DNA of 64,000 bases, from contig CM022677.1 of NCBI GenBank assembly GCA_012295275.1, positions 23,126,001 to 23,190,000 of the forward strand. The letters run 5' to 3'. The notes below the pieces were generated by a model. It made no database searches and had not been told where the DNA came from. It was given only the letters and a program-made list of their open reading frames with translations. The translations under genes were made by a program, and so were the position numbers. Source of the DNA: Chrysomallon squamiferum. Taxonomy: Eukaryota > Animalia > Mollusca. Numbering within the stretch: the stretch's first letter is position 1; each line of letters opens with the position of its first letter. Shown here piece after piece: positions 15,509 through 31,100 of this stretch.

Positions 15509-16195
15509 AGTAGCATATGTTAATTTTATTTTATTTCCTTGAAATGTTTATTCTTTATCTTACTGGAATGCCTAAAAATAATTACTTATTTATTAATTTT
15601 TACTTATTTATTTGTTTATCTATTTATTTATTTTTATGTTTTGTTTTCTTCCTGACCGTTTTCTGTATAAGCTACATATTTATATACATTTATATATTTC
15701 ATAATTTCCCCAAATATTTTGTACATTTATGCATTTATATGTGCCTGTGTCTCTGTGGGTGGGTGGGTGTGGGTGGGTGTGTTTATTTATGTATACTATT
15801 TTATATTAAAAATTGATTTTTTACTGGGATTTCATCTCCTTTTTTTTTCTTTAGAAAAAACATTCTTTAGCACTTCATTTTGATAATTAAAACATTGCAA
15901 AAGAATCTAAACAACTATGTCCTTATTTGTTTCTTTTTAATATTCAGCTGATATTGCCAGCTTAAAGGCAATACCCCTGTCATCTACAGCCATTCAGCTC
16001 ATATGGCAGGCACCTAGAAAACATGACAACAGTAGCTATGGTTACGAGATATTCTGGCAGGAGGCAAAGAAGGATGAATCTCCAAGAAGAATAATAATTT
16101 CTGATTCAGAGACCTCTCATACTTTTAATAATTTGATACCAGACAGGTAATGGTAATATGAGAGCAAGTAGAAGCATGTGTGTGTGTGTGTGAAA

Positions 16196-16246
<51 letters not shown>

Positions 16247-16421
16247 GCGTGTGCGTGTGTGTGTGTGTGTTGTGAAATGTTTGGAAATGTTTTTGTTCAT
16301 TTTATCACCATGAGAAAAAAGTTTTTGAAAAAATAATTTACTGAGTTTGTTTTTTCTTTCTTTGTTTTTTCTTCTTTTATTTCAGAGTTTGTTTTTGTAT
16401 ATAATGTGTTAACTCTGTGTG

Positions 16422-16456
<35 letters not shown>

Positions 16457-18471
16457 GTGAAACAGATTCTTATATGTTTTGTGTGAAAGTTTTCTACTAA
16501 TGTTTTTGTTAATATATAATTTGATAAAAAGTGGATGTACTTGTAAGAGAGCTTGTGACTTTATATGTACTTTATTTACTTGTGTATTTTGTATATCATG
16601 TATTCATGTGTATTTGTGTATGTGTATGTCTGTGTATGTGTGGTTGTTTATGTTTGAATGTGTCTGTATGTGTGTTTGAATTTCTGTTCTTTTCAGTTTC
16701 TTGTGTTATTTTTTGAACAAGAAAAAGAATTAACTATTATTTTATTGTATCTTCTCTTTCATACATAGATGAACTGTTTATGGGTTTGTTTTTAATTATT
16801 ACTTATACACTTATTATTACAGACTGTACAGCTTCCAGGTTCAGACACTGTCAGACAGAAAAGATGAGCTGAAATCAGACACTGTGTTTGTAAAAACTCT
16901 CTCTGACAGGCCCATCAAACCCCCACGAGGTATCTCAGTGAAGGTGATCAACTCCAGAGTAAGATTTTTCTTTACTTTTCTTTAGTAACAATTCATTGTA
17001 TGTATAAAAAAAGAATTTTAAAATTTTATTAATTTAAATATTTAACTGTTGTTTTATAGACTAAATGAAATAAGAATTCTAAAATTCATTCGCTTGAAAA
17101 TGATTTTTCTTCTTTCTTTCTGTTTCTTTCTGTTTTCTTCGTCAGAATTTTTAAACATAATTTTAAACACAAACTATATATATATATATAGGTATAAACA
17201 AATGTACACACACATACACATTACAGACACACAAAAGCATACATAAAGCAACGGGTATTAAAAATGTTATTATTTGTTATTATTTATTTATTTATTTAAA
17301 ATGGTGTGCTCACAGGTTGTTGAAGTCAGATGGAATCTGCCTCCTCCTAGGAAGAGAAATGGCAACATTGTCGTATACACAATTCAATACAGAAAGAAAA
17401 GTACAGGCAGAGGTGACCTCTGTGTGGTCAACATCCTGCCTCAACCCAGAGAGTACAATCTCACAGGTCAGTTATAATATCCTTCAACCCAGAGAGTACA
17501 ATCTCACAGGTCAGTTATAATATCACTCAACCCAGAGAGTACAATCTCACAGGTCAGTTATAATATCACTCAACCCAGAGAGTACAATCTCACAGGTCAG
17601 TTATAATATCACTCAACCCAGAGAGTACAATCTCACAGGTCAGTTATAATATCCTTCAACCCAGATAAAACAATCTCACAGGTCAGTTATAATATCCTTC
17701 AACCCAGATAATACAATCTCACAGGTCAGTTATATCACTCATTCCAGTGTTTGCACCCTTCAACCTACTTCAACCTAAACAGAACAATCTCACAGGTCAG
17801 TTATAATATCCTTCAGTTTTTGTTTTTTTTCTTCAAATTTGCAAATGATAGTTGCTGGTACTATGCAGCAGTTTATTACCTGTAAATTAAATTAATTTTC
17901 CTTTTAAATATTTGTTTATTTACTGTTTCCAGGCCTCACTGCTGGTGCTAGATACAAAGTGAGAATTGCAGCGAAGACAGTGAACGGGACAGGGCCTTTT
18001 TCAAAATGGATGTCGTTTGATCTACCCAAGCGATCAAGCAGTGACAGAAACTCAAGGATGACTTCACATAAAGGTATCAGTATGATTTTTTTTTTTTTAA
18101 AAGACAGTAATGAGTACAATGATGAGTAAAAAGGTGACAAAGTAAAAGATTTTGTTCTGAGTGTGTGAAAGAACTGGACTAAACATGCTGAAACAAGGTT
18201 TTCTTTCAGACTGTTTGATTGTAATAAATTGTTTCTAAAATATTCCAGGAAAGAAGCAGGACAGTTTCATGTCACTGCTGCTGTCACATCACCAATCTCC
18301 AGAGTCAGAAATCACCAGTCACCCTGATGTGAAAAGTCCTGAAAAACTTTTTGCAACACCATTGTCAAGCACAAGTGTCCAACTGTCCTGGTCAAAACCA
18401 GAAACCGAACCATGTTGTCCAGTCATTGCTTACAGAATCCTTGTGAGAGATGTGCAAGGTAATTTTTATTA

Positions 18472-18538
<67 letters not shown>

Positions 18539-18986
18539 GAAGACAAAAGCACAATACAACACACATGGAATATATTAAAAATACTTACAAACAGATGAAG
18601 ACTAGTAACAAATACAGATCTTTCACCCCCACAAAAACAAAAGTGTATTGTATATAATTGGTTCTCTAAGCTGAGGTAATCTAAGCTGAAAGATTGCATG
18701 TTTTTTGTTTTTTCTAGGTTTGTGTTTGTGCATTGATCTGCCTCTTTTTGTATGTGTGTGTGTGTCAGTCTGTTTTTTCTTGTCTATATCTATATGTGTG
18801 TGTTTGTGTCTGTGGGGGGTGTGTATGTGTGTGAGTGTGTGTGTCAGTCTGTTTTTTCTTGTCTGTATCTATATGTGTTTGTTTGTGTCTGTGGGGGTGT
18901 GTGTATGTGTGTGAGTGTGTGTATCAGTCTGTTTTTTCTTGTCTATAAGTTTGTGTATGTGTGTGTTTAGATATGTAGACACCCAT

Positions 18987-19047
<61 letters not shown>

Positions 19048-19307
19048 AAGATAGAATGGTAGATCTGTATTCAGAGAGTGATGTAAACTAAGATGAGCTA
19101 CTGTTACAGCTGGCCAGTGGGAGAGAGACCAGGTGACAGGCACAAAGACGCAGGCTGTGGTGAAAGACTTGCAGCCTGACACCGAAGTACGCGTTTAACA
19201 TCACAGCATACAACACCCACGGCTCCAGCGAACCCTCACACGAAGTCTTCACCACCACCCTACCTGCAGGTTTTATACAAACCTACTACTACTACTACTA
19301 CTACTAC

Positions 19308-19357
<50 letters not shown>

Positions 19358-19427
19358 TAAATATAATAATAATAATAATATTAATAATAACTAATACCAC
19401 TACTACTAATAATGATGATATTAATAA

Positions 19428-19469
<42 letters not shown>

Positions 19470-20270
19470 CACTACTACTAATAATAATAATAATAATAAT
19501 AATAGCATCAAAATTAATAATGATACTACTGATTTCGGTTTTGAGTTTCTAAATAGAGGATGTTCACCATTTTAATATATTAGACTTTATTTGACACCCA
19601 ACAGCAAATGTTGTTTTTTTTTTTTTTTTTGTGCTGGGTTGTCATTAAACATTAATTCATTCATTCTTTGCACAAACTAAGCAAGACTGAGCAAGAAAAT
19701 GTTTAATTTAGAGTAACACAACATAGCTGGTTGTGTTATATTGGTCATATGTTAAAATACTCAGATTATGAGGGAAGAAATTTGCTGATGCCTTTGCTTT
19801 CTAAATAGCAGCAAAGGAAATTTGATACATACCAGCAGGATAGTACATACCACAGACTTTTCCATGATTATACCAGATACTCTACTGCATAAGTACAACT
19901 GACTTCTAATTTGTCCGTTTGTTGCAAGAATCTGGAATATAATTAACATTAAAATTATAAATATTATATCCTAGTTTATGTTATGTAATGTTATGTTTAT
20001 TAGGGTAATTTGCTAGAATCTGGAATACAGTTATAACATTGTTAAAATTATAAATATTATATTTTATGTTATGTTTTGTTATGTTTCACAGTGGAGCCTG
20101 TTATTGATCCTATTAAGAAAGGAGTTTTTGTTGAAAATCAGGGTGGGACTTTGAGATGTGTTGCCCATGGTGATCCTGCACCTGAAGTGTTTTGGTATCG
20201 AGAAGGTTCATCACAACCTTTTCATCAAGATACTGCCGTAAATCTGGTATGTTTCATCTACAAATAACTG

Positions 20271-20305
<35 letters not shown>

Positions 20306-20554
20306 TTTTTTTTTTTATTATTATATCTTCTTATAAGTATTATTATTGTTGTAATTGTTGTTGTTGTTATATTAATTGTTATTATTAATATTTTTATCTT
20401 CTTTTTATACTTATTGTTAATACAAGTAATACTACAATAGCTGCTCTACAGTTTTTTTTTTTTTTCTTACAATAAAGATGTAGATAATTATGAATTATAA
20501 ACATAGATACAACGTTGTTAGTCTAACTCAACATCAGATTCTTAACCTTCATCT

Positions 20555-20603
<49 letters not shown>

Positions 20604-22052
20604 TGTGTCCACCATATTATTTGATTAGATAAAGTTAAAACTATTCAAACATTATATAAATTATATTATTACTAATGAATTATTCTTTTTCAAACAACTT
20701 TTTAGCTTAACCACAAGATACACCAGGTTACCTTGGAAACCATAAAAAGTGGTAAAAGTGTTGAGAAAATATTACATTTCTCTCACCTGTCTCAAAGGGA
20801 TTCTGGGATATATATCTGTCTTGCCCGAAATGCAGCAGGCAATGTTTCCATGACAACAGTCCTTGAAGTAAACGGTAAGATGTGTTTTACTTTTTTTTTC
20901 TATAATTTCATTGTTTTGCTAGTTACCATATTACTAGTCTGTAAACTGATTTTATTTTGCTGTCCGTGTGTTTTACAGTGATTCCGAGTATTATCAACGT
21001 GCATGACACGTGGGTCAAACTGGGGTCATCGACTAACATGACGTGCGCTGTGAAGGGGATTCCCCTACCCACTGTTACCTGGATTAGACTGCGAGATCTC
21101 GCAGAACTGAGGGAAGGTCCTAAATCTGTGAGTTACCAAATTACACCTCAGTTATAAACATCAGAAATTAACTAGTGTGTTTAGGATAAAGAAAAGTAGA
21201 AAACTTTTAATATTAATTGTTGTTGTTGTTGTTGTCATTATTATTAGTAGTAGTAGTAATGGTATTATTATATTAATATCATCATTGTTATTGGTTTTGT
21301 TACTATTTATTTACTTATTTATTTTTTTTATTTTATTTTATTTTTTTTTTATTCTTTATGCTTTTTTATTATATTAATATCAATGGTATTATTATATTAA
21401 TATCATCATTGTTATTGGTTTTGTTACTATTTATTTACTTATTTATTTATTTTATTATATTTTTTTTTTTTTATTCTTTATGCTTTTTTATTATCAATGA
21501 TATTATTATATTAATATCATCATTGTTATTGGTTTTGTTACTATTTATTTACTTATTTATTTATTTTTTATTTTTTTATTATTATTTATGCTTTTTTATT
21601 ACTTATAATGTAACTGTGTTTTATGTAACATTAAACAAAAGTATTTATTTGTGGAATGGAGATTTTTATCATTTGCATTTTTGTGTATGGATTGTTGGTT
21701 AAATGAGAATTTGATAGCCTTTGAATAGCATGTATGTTTTTGTCTATTTTTGTATTTTGTGTGTATGTTTACCAGTCTATTATCAGTTTTGTTGTCTGAT
21801 GGATTTTAATTCTGCACAGAATGGAAGAATGGGCAGGCTGCATGTTAGGACTTGGATAGATGAGTTACAGAACATTGTTTACAAAACTCTGTTCTTCACT
21901 CGCGTGAGAGTGACAGACAAGGGAAACTACTCCTGTACTGCTGTCAACAAATATGGCTCTTCTGTGAGCATTGCCCAGTTACAGATAGAAGGTACAACTT
22001 TCATTATCATTATTATTACTATTATTATTATTATTATGTTTTGACTATTATC

Positions 22053-22084
<32 letters not shown>

Positions 22085-23995
22085 AATTATTATTATTGTT
22101 ATGTTTTGATTATTATCTTCACCATCATTATTAACATCATCATCATCATCATCATAATTATTATTATTATTATTATTATGTTTTGTTTATTATCTTCACC
22201 ATCGTTATCATCATCATCATAATTATTATTATATTTCATTTAATGTTTTTATTATTGTTATTATTATTATTATGTTTTGTTTAGTATCTTCACCATCATT
22301 ATCATTATTAACATCATCATCATCATAATTATAATTATTATTATTATATTTCATTTAGTGTTGTTATTATTATTATTTTATTATTATTATTATTATTATC
22401 ATTTATTACTATTATTTCTACTGCAGTACCACAATTTCACTGCATATTTTTTACAATTTCACTCACATTAAATGATTTACTTTCATAATTAAAACAAACA
22501 GGTTCTGAATATTGGTGACATTTCCAATCAACTTTTAGAATGTTCCCTTCACATTCTGCTACTTTGTTCAGTCAGTTATAATAATATCACTACTACTTCA
22601 ACTAAATATTTTTGAAGAGCACCACTTAAAAAAAGAGAATATAAATTAATTTATTTTTAATTTTAATAATAATTTTATTACTAGGTCTTACAATAAATAA
22701 CAAAAATAGTTGGTAATAGTATTAATATTTTACTCAATTTAATAATAACATTACCAGCAGTAGTAATACTAATTAGTAAAATAATATTGATAATAAAAGT
22801 AGCTAGTAACAGTTAACAGAGTTAGGAAGTGGTAGCAGATGCAGTAGTAGAATTAGTAGTAGTAGTAGTAGTAGCAGCAGCACAGAAGTGGCAGTAATAA
22901 TAGCAAAAACAATAGTGTTGATAGGAATTATGTTTTTACAGTTCCACCTCCACCTCCTGTTGAAAACGTGCATGCCATAGCACTGTCCCCATCAAAAGTG
23001 TCCATCTTCTGGACCAGGCCAAGTGGGTACAGCCACCACATCAGTGCATACAGACTGACGTACAGCCGTGAGGACGACAACAGCAACGACGTCAGTGTCA
23101 ATGTGACAACGCAGAGTTTTGAAATCGATAATCTTGAACCAGAAACCACGTACAAGCTCAAAGTGACAGCGTTCGGTTCCCATGGAAACGGCACAGAAAG
23201 TAAGACAGTCAGGGTCAAAACTCTTCCCAACAAAAACTTGGAACCTGCAAATTTGTCTGCTAAACCTCTGAATAGTTCTGTAAGTAAAATATTTATTGTT
23301 TTATCTTTTTCTTATTTCCTTCTCTTTTTTTTTGTATATTAATTTTAAGAATTTGATTACACTAATATAGTTCTGTAAGTAAAATATTTATTGTTTTATC
23401 TTTTTCTTTTTTTTTCTTTTGTATATTACTTTTGTAAATATGTTTACACTATTATAGTTCTGTAAGTAAAATATTTATTTTTATATACAGTTTCATTAAA
23501 TTTCTTTTATAATTTTGAAAATGTATTTACATTAAATATAAGTATGAAACAAAAATGTTTGTTTTTATACAAATATCTTTAAGAATTTTACAAAGTTGTT
23601 TATACAAAATAGAGTTTAGTGACAAAAAGATGAAGTAAATAATTTAAAATTTAATATTTTAAATGAGTTGACATAGCGTAAACAATTGGTCACTTTTTCA
23701 ATTGTTTTATTCCTTTTTTTCACTTTAAAGCTATTTTTGATGATTTATGAATTTCAACAGATAATTCAACTGGACTGGGAACCTCCAAAGTCTATATCAA
23801 GAATGTATATCAAAGGATATCACATCTACTACAAGCGAGTGACAGACGACATCCCAGTGAAACTGTTCGTTGCTGGAAACACAAACAAACGCTTTCTGAT
23901 AGGTCAGTACAGTCTACATAACAGAAATTATTTTAAAATGATATTTAACAATCTGAAAATTATTAGGTTTATATTGTAAGCATGTTTTAGAAGAT

Positions 23996-24036
<41 letters not shown>

Positions 24037-25943
24037 TATCTGTTGTATGAAATGATCCAGTAAGCAGATTGATTAAAGACAGTCGCTGATGAATGTTTGG
24101 TTTTTAACAAGGTTCAGGAAAAGAAGACACATATTTTCTCACAGTTACTGATGAATGTTTGGTTTTTAACAAGGTTTAGGAAAAGAAGACACATATTTTC
24201 TCACAGTTACTGATGAATGTTTGGTTTTTAACAAGGTTTAGGAAATGAAGACACATATTTTCTCACGCAAGTTACTGATGAATGTTTGGTTTTTAACAAG
24301 GTTTAGGAAAAGAAGACATATTTTCTCACAGTTACTGATGAATGTTTGGTTTTTAACAAGGTTTAGGAAAAGAAGACACATATTTTCTTACAGTTACTGA
24401 TGAATGTTTGGTTTTTAACAAGGTTTAGGAAAAGAAGACACATATTCTCTCAGAATTGCAACTGTGATGACTTGGGGAACAGAATGGCCATCACAGTGGA
24501 TCAAAATAAAGAAAAGTAGGTAAACACTGATGTTTCAATTGTGATTTTTAATTTCCATATATTAAAGCATTACTAACATTTTCTCTGTCTGACTGATATA
24601 TGTACACAGATACACTCATCAGTGTATATGGTTTTCTAATAATTACAATTATTACTGTTTCTGCTACTACTATGCCATATTATTACAACTACAACTATAT
24701 CATTACTAGTAATATAACAACTACCATTACAACTACTACTATCTCATCACTAGGATAATAACAATTACTATACCATCACAAGTACTGCAACTACCTCTGT
24801 TCCATTACTTCTAATGTACCACTCCTATACCATTACTACAATTACAGCTACTACTGCATCATTGCTTCTACTGCAACTATTAATGATCTCATTACGGAAT
24901 TACAGTGCTGTGACTAGTATTACAACTACTCCTATCCCATTACTACAACTACAACTACTACTGCATCATTGCTTCTACTGCAACTATTAATGATCTCATT
25001 ACAGAATTACAGTGCCGTGACTAGTATTACAACTACTCCTATCCCATTACTACAACTACAGCTACAACTGCATCATTGCTTCTACTGCAACTATTAATGA
25101 TCTCATTACAGAATTACAGTGCTGTGACTAGTATTACAACTACTCCTATCCCATTACTACAACTACAGCTACTACTGCATCATTGCTTCTACTGCAACTA
25201 TTAATGATCTCATTACAGAATTACAGTGCTGTGACTAGTATTACAACTACTCCTATCCCATTACTACAACTACAGCTACTACTGCATCATTGCTTCTACT
25301 GCAACTATTAATGATCTCATTACAGAATTACAGTGCTGTGACTAGTATTACAACCACTCCTATACCATTACTACAACTACAGCTACTACTGCATCATTGC
25401 TTCTACTGCAACTATTAATGATCTCATTACAGAATTACAGTGCTATGACTAGTATTACAACTACAGCTACTACTGCATCATTAATATTTTTATTTTCAGA
25501 ATTAACTCCACCAAACCCACCACGAAACCTAACAGCTCTAGTAACAACAACAAGCATTACGTTGTCATGGCAACCGCCACTGTGGACAGATATTTTTAGA
25601 ATCTCAACAAACCCACCATACAAGTTTGCTTATGGGATGAAATCAAGAAATGAGTTGAAAGAGTGGAATATTTCTGAGAAAGTTACCAACCTAACTTTGG
25701 TAAATTTAGGTATATAGTCACATTTATATAATAAACAACCAATCTAACTTTGGTAAATTTAGGTATATAGTAATAAACATTAATACATCCATTGATCCTT
25801 CAAAAAACAAAAATGTAAACAGTTATTTATTCATTCATTCGTTTTATTTTATTTCTTTTACATATTTATTCATTTTTTAATTTCTATATAATTTTTAAAA
25901 ACAATTATATATTTATTTCACTAGTATTTATTTTAATGTATTC

Positions 25944-25983
<40 letters not shown>

Positions 25984-27264
25984 TTAATTTATAAAAACAA
26001 TTATTCACTGCTATTTAATGTATACATCATTTTTTTTATTATTTATTTATTTTTTTTTTTTTTTTTTTTTTTTGTTATTTAATTTTCATTTATTAATTTT
26101 TAGATCATTTTTTTCAATTTTTGCTTTTTTTGTTCTTAATTTATTTATTTCAATTTTTATTTATATTTATATAAATCTGTTGGTTTTTTTTGTTTACAGT
26201 ACCTGGTACAATCTACAATGTGTCCTTACAGGCCACTAATGAAGATGGAAAGAGTGACACAGTTCAGAAACTAATTAAAACACTAGGTAGATGTTTCATT
26301 CTTACTGTCTTATTATTCTTATTATTATTAAAAATATATTTTTTTAAAACGTATTGTATCTGTTTAGGAGATACAGCACACAATTAGAATACGTTATTCA
26401 GTACGGTATTTTAATAATGATAGTTTATTTTATTTATTTTCCTTTTCTCACATAGATTTAGATCTGATAAATATTTAACAACAACTGCAACAAATTAGTT
26501 TGCCATCAACAGAACTACATCTCACCATTACAGCTATTACAACTACTACTATGCCAATACTATAACCTATAACCTATTATTGTGTCAATTAATTTTTTTT
26601 TTTTTTTTTTTTTAAGATAATTAAAATTCTGTGTCCTTTTTCTCTCTTCTTTTCTGTTCATTCAGATGTTCCACCTGGACCAGTTTTAAATGCTGTGGCC
26701 TCAGCTTTGTCATCCACTGAAATTCTCGTTCAGTGGATTGCACCAAAGAAAGGAGCAGTGACGAGATATCATGTCCGGTACTGGAGGTCAGCGTTACATG
26801 TGTTACTAGAGTAGATTAAGTTAGGTAGCACTCTGTACAAGTTACTAGAGTTAGGTATTGTAAAGTTACTAGAGTTAGAGCACTTGTACCAGTTAGCTTA
26901 AGTTAGGTAGCACTCTGTACAAGTTACTAGCTTAAGTTAGGTAGCACTCTGTACAAGTTACTAGCTTAAGTTAGGTAGCACTCTGTACAAGTTACTAGCT
27001 TAAGTTAGGTAGCACTCTGTACAAGTTACTAGCTTAAGTTAGGTAGCACTCTGTACAAGTTACTAGCTTAAGTTAGGTAGCACTCTGTACAAGTTACTAG
27101 AGATTTAAATAAATGATAAAATGTGGTTCAGATGTAATGTGGGAAACTGGAAGTGAAGACGTATGTCAAGGAAGGGTAAACTGAAATATGTATCACTGAT
27201 TTAGTAAAACACACACGGGTGACACACACACACACACACATACACACACACAGCCATACAACAC

Positions 27265-27299
<35 letters not shown>

Positions 27300-27306
27300 C
27301 ATATGT

Positions 27307-27338
<32 letters not shown>

Positions 27339-28052
27339 ACACACACACACACACATAGCGATACAACACTAAATATTTTCCAGAGAAAACAAAGTAATAA
27401 AAAAAAAAAACTGTTGTTTCAGACGAGGAAAACGGGACAAGGAATCAGCCTGGCTGTTTCATCCAAACTCACAGTACATTGCAGGAAGTCTACGTAAAAA
27501 CAGCGAATACCGATTTGAAATCATCCCCTACAACAATGAAGAGGCAGGGGAGACAACTGTAACGTATGCCACAACCATGGTTGACAGACCTGAAGAGCCG
27601 CCAAGATCAGTGAAAATAAACTTCATCAATGCATCGGTAAGTTTTAGTTGTTGTTTTTTTTAGAATTTATTTGCTCTACACATTTTCTTTCTCAAATGTT
27701 CTGAGAATATTTTCTCTGTTTCACAGGCTGTGACAGTCCACTGGGAACCTCCAAGAAAAGAATACCAAAATGGACCAATCGCAGGATACAAGATAGTTTT
27801 CAAACTGAAAGGAGGCAAACGATTGGCTACGTACAGCGTTGATGGCAACAGAAGAAATTACACTTTTAAAGGTAGAGTGGTTTGGTTTGGGGTTTTCTTT
27901 TAAATTTGTTTTTCTTATTTATTCCTATTTCCTCATCTCTTTTTTCTTTAATTTATATTTATTCTTGTTTGTTGTTCCTTTTACAGATTATAAAACTCTT
28001 TACTTAATATTTCAGTATTTCTATATTTCTATGGAGTTCTTATTATTATTCA

Positions 28053-28103
<51 letters not shown>

Positions 28104-31100
28104 GTGTGTCTGTCTGTGTGCGTGTGTGTGTGTGTGTGTGTGAGCGTCTATGTATCTCTCTTGCTATCTATTTATCTATATCTATCTATCTATCTATCTG
28201 TATATATATTCTTTTGTGACATCAGGTTTAGAAGCCAGTCAGACATATAAAGTCCATGTTGCTGCTATGACAGCCAAAGGAGCAGGACCGTATTCTAAGT
28301 GGGTGATTGCTACCACTGACAAAACAGGTATGTTGTTGTTTGCTTTAATACTGTGGACATCCAAAATGTATTGTTAATTGTTAAAACATATTATTATAAA
28401 CTGTTAAAGATAATTTTTGTAGCTTATTATGCATTATTATAAATAATTTATTGTTAATTTTTATTTAAAGTGTGATACAAAGAAACAGTCTAAGTATAAC
28501 TTGTTTTATTACTGTTTATATTATTATTATTAATCATCATCACCATTACTATTATTATGATTATTATTATGATTATTATTATTATTATTATCATTATTTT
28601 ATTGTTGTTGTTGATATTTTTATGAGCCCAGACAGATCTCCATAAACAATAAAATAATAATTTTTAAAATTATAGACAATTATTCCATGTAGATTTTAAA
28701 TAATATATCTTAATGATTTATCTTGTTAACAATTTGACTTTTTTTTTTCACAAATGACAGCACCAGAAAGTCCAACCAGAATACAGTTAATCTCAACATC
28801 AAATTCAATAACAGTGTGGTGGTCAAAACCTCGCAACATCGGCGTGCCTGTCAATGGTTACATTCTCGGCTATGGCAGATACATCCCAGAAGTGTTCAGA
28901 ATAATCCTGGGTCCAAATGTTCACATATACACCATAGAAAAATTACGTCAGTCTACTTATGTTTCGTACATGTTGGTTACTGGTTTATCTATGAATTTAA
29001 ACAATGAACTGGCTCAAATTTTTATATATATATATATATATACATGTGTCTGTGTGTGTGTGTGTGGAATGTCACTAAATATTCATTGTTTCACTGCATA
29101 ATGTTTCTGGATTCATTTTGCAGAATCTGAATGATATGATTATTATTATTATTATTTCTGTTTTCACAGTTGTTAACAAAGTTCTGTGTGGGTTTGTTAA
29201 GTGAATATTCAGTTAACACTTAGGAATTTTAACACAGGCAGCATAAAAAAATCTTGTTGAAAGAGGTGATACAGAGGGATACTGAGTAAATGAGATGTAA
29301 GACAGTGTATTGAGTTTTGTGTTTTTTTCCAGGTCAAAACTCAGAGTACATCATCAGTGTAAGAGCATTTAATGACATTGGAGAAAGTCATCCGATATTT
29401 CTGGTGGGCAAAACTAAAAAAGGTATCTTGTCCATTGTTTTAAATGTCAGCTATCTACACAGGGGACATATTTTAGATTGCTTTTGTGAAACATATATTC
29501 AAAACAGTTTTGTTTTCTTTATTTATGTTTAACACACACACACACACACAAACACAGAAACACACACAAACACAGAAACACACACAAATGCATGCTTATA
29601 TAATTTAAACCTTTTTATACTAATGCCTGTTTTAGTATAATTATTTTTTGAAGTTTACAGCAGACATTATATTTAACATTTAATCAATAGTTAGGTAATG
29701 TAAACCATTACAGCCATTCCACAGTAAAGACTGTAAATTATTAACAGTTCTTTACACTGAGTTTTAACTGACTGTTTAAATTATTAACAGTTCTTTACAC
29801 TGAGTTTTAACTGACTGAGTTTTAACAGTTCTTTACACTGAGTTTTAACTGACCGTGTAAATTATTAACAGTTCTTTACACTGAGTTTTAACTGACTGTG
29901 TAAATTATTAACAGTTCTTTACACTGAGTTTTAACTGACTGTTTAAATTATTATTTTTATCATTAACTTACCTTTGTCTGACCCCCTCCAGCAGTTTACT
30001 TTGTTAGCTGGGAATCTTTCATTCCTTCCACTTCCATTTCAATACTTCCTCATTAAATAAGTTTGTATTGAAATGTGTTTAAACTGCATCTGCCTAAACT
30101 GGAATTCCTCAAAACCAGATAATTTCATTTATTATTTATCTTTAAATGACATGCAACAGCTAACTTTTTGGGGGCAGTCATGCCATTAAGCAAACAAACA
30201 ATTCCAGTTCCAGTTCAGTATATTATTCCAGTTCAGTAAAATATTCAGCATCCAGTGATTTACTACAATGAAATGTAAACCTCAGTAAACCAAAGACTTT
30301 TCCAAACAAGACTTCTTTCATGTTCTCAAAACTTCTCACTTTTGACAAGTTTTTAGTTTATAACTAATGATTTCTTTTCTAAACTCTTCATTCACTTAGA
30401 CATGAAAGCCACTTTTCCTCTGAACGCTCCAGTTAACGTGCAGGCTGAGACTCTGTCACACAGTGAGATTAAGCTGAGCTGGGTTGACCCCAGCCTAGGC
30501 AAGCTTCAGAAACAGGTTGATGGACGCTACTACCTGATCCGGTTCTCTGCTGTCAGTAACGACATCTACCAGTTCGTAAACGCAACCAGGAGTCCATTTG
30601 TGATCGACAATCTGATGGTGTTCACCAAGTACGAGTTCTCTGTCCGAGCGGTCAGAGGAAATGACCACAGTGGCTGGAGTCTGCCTCAGTTCAGTAAGAC
30701 TTTTCTTGCAGGTAAAACAAATTTATTATTGTCATAGTGGATTTTATAATATTTAGAAAGAATGAAAGAAAAATATATTTTGTGTAATTGTGCGCGTTGA
30801 CTATAAATGAGATTTGTAAAAAAATTAAATTTAAATATAAAGCTTAGAGAAAATTATTTTAAAACATTTTTGTTTTGAAAACAACCAAATTACATGACAC
30901 AAAAGAATAAAAATAGTAACAAAAACATTGTGTTTAAAAAAAAATTTTAAATTTTTATATTTAGAGCACAAGAATACAAAAACTGTCTTAGAATATCAAT
31001 GTATTTGTTTTTAATGTATTTTTAACAATGACAGCTCCCTTTGATGCTCCGCGTGAACTGACACTGCTCACAGACTCAAACAACCCCACAAGTCTGACTC

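Noticed and set aside
17441-27102. Regular 34-107-bp arrays as CRISPR arrays
   Set aside because: They are head-to-tail repeats without unique spacers, inside introns of a eukaryotic gene, with no cas genes.
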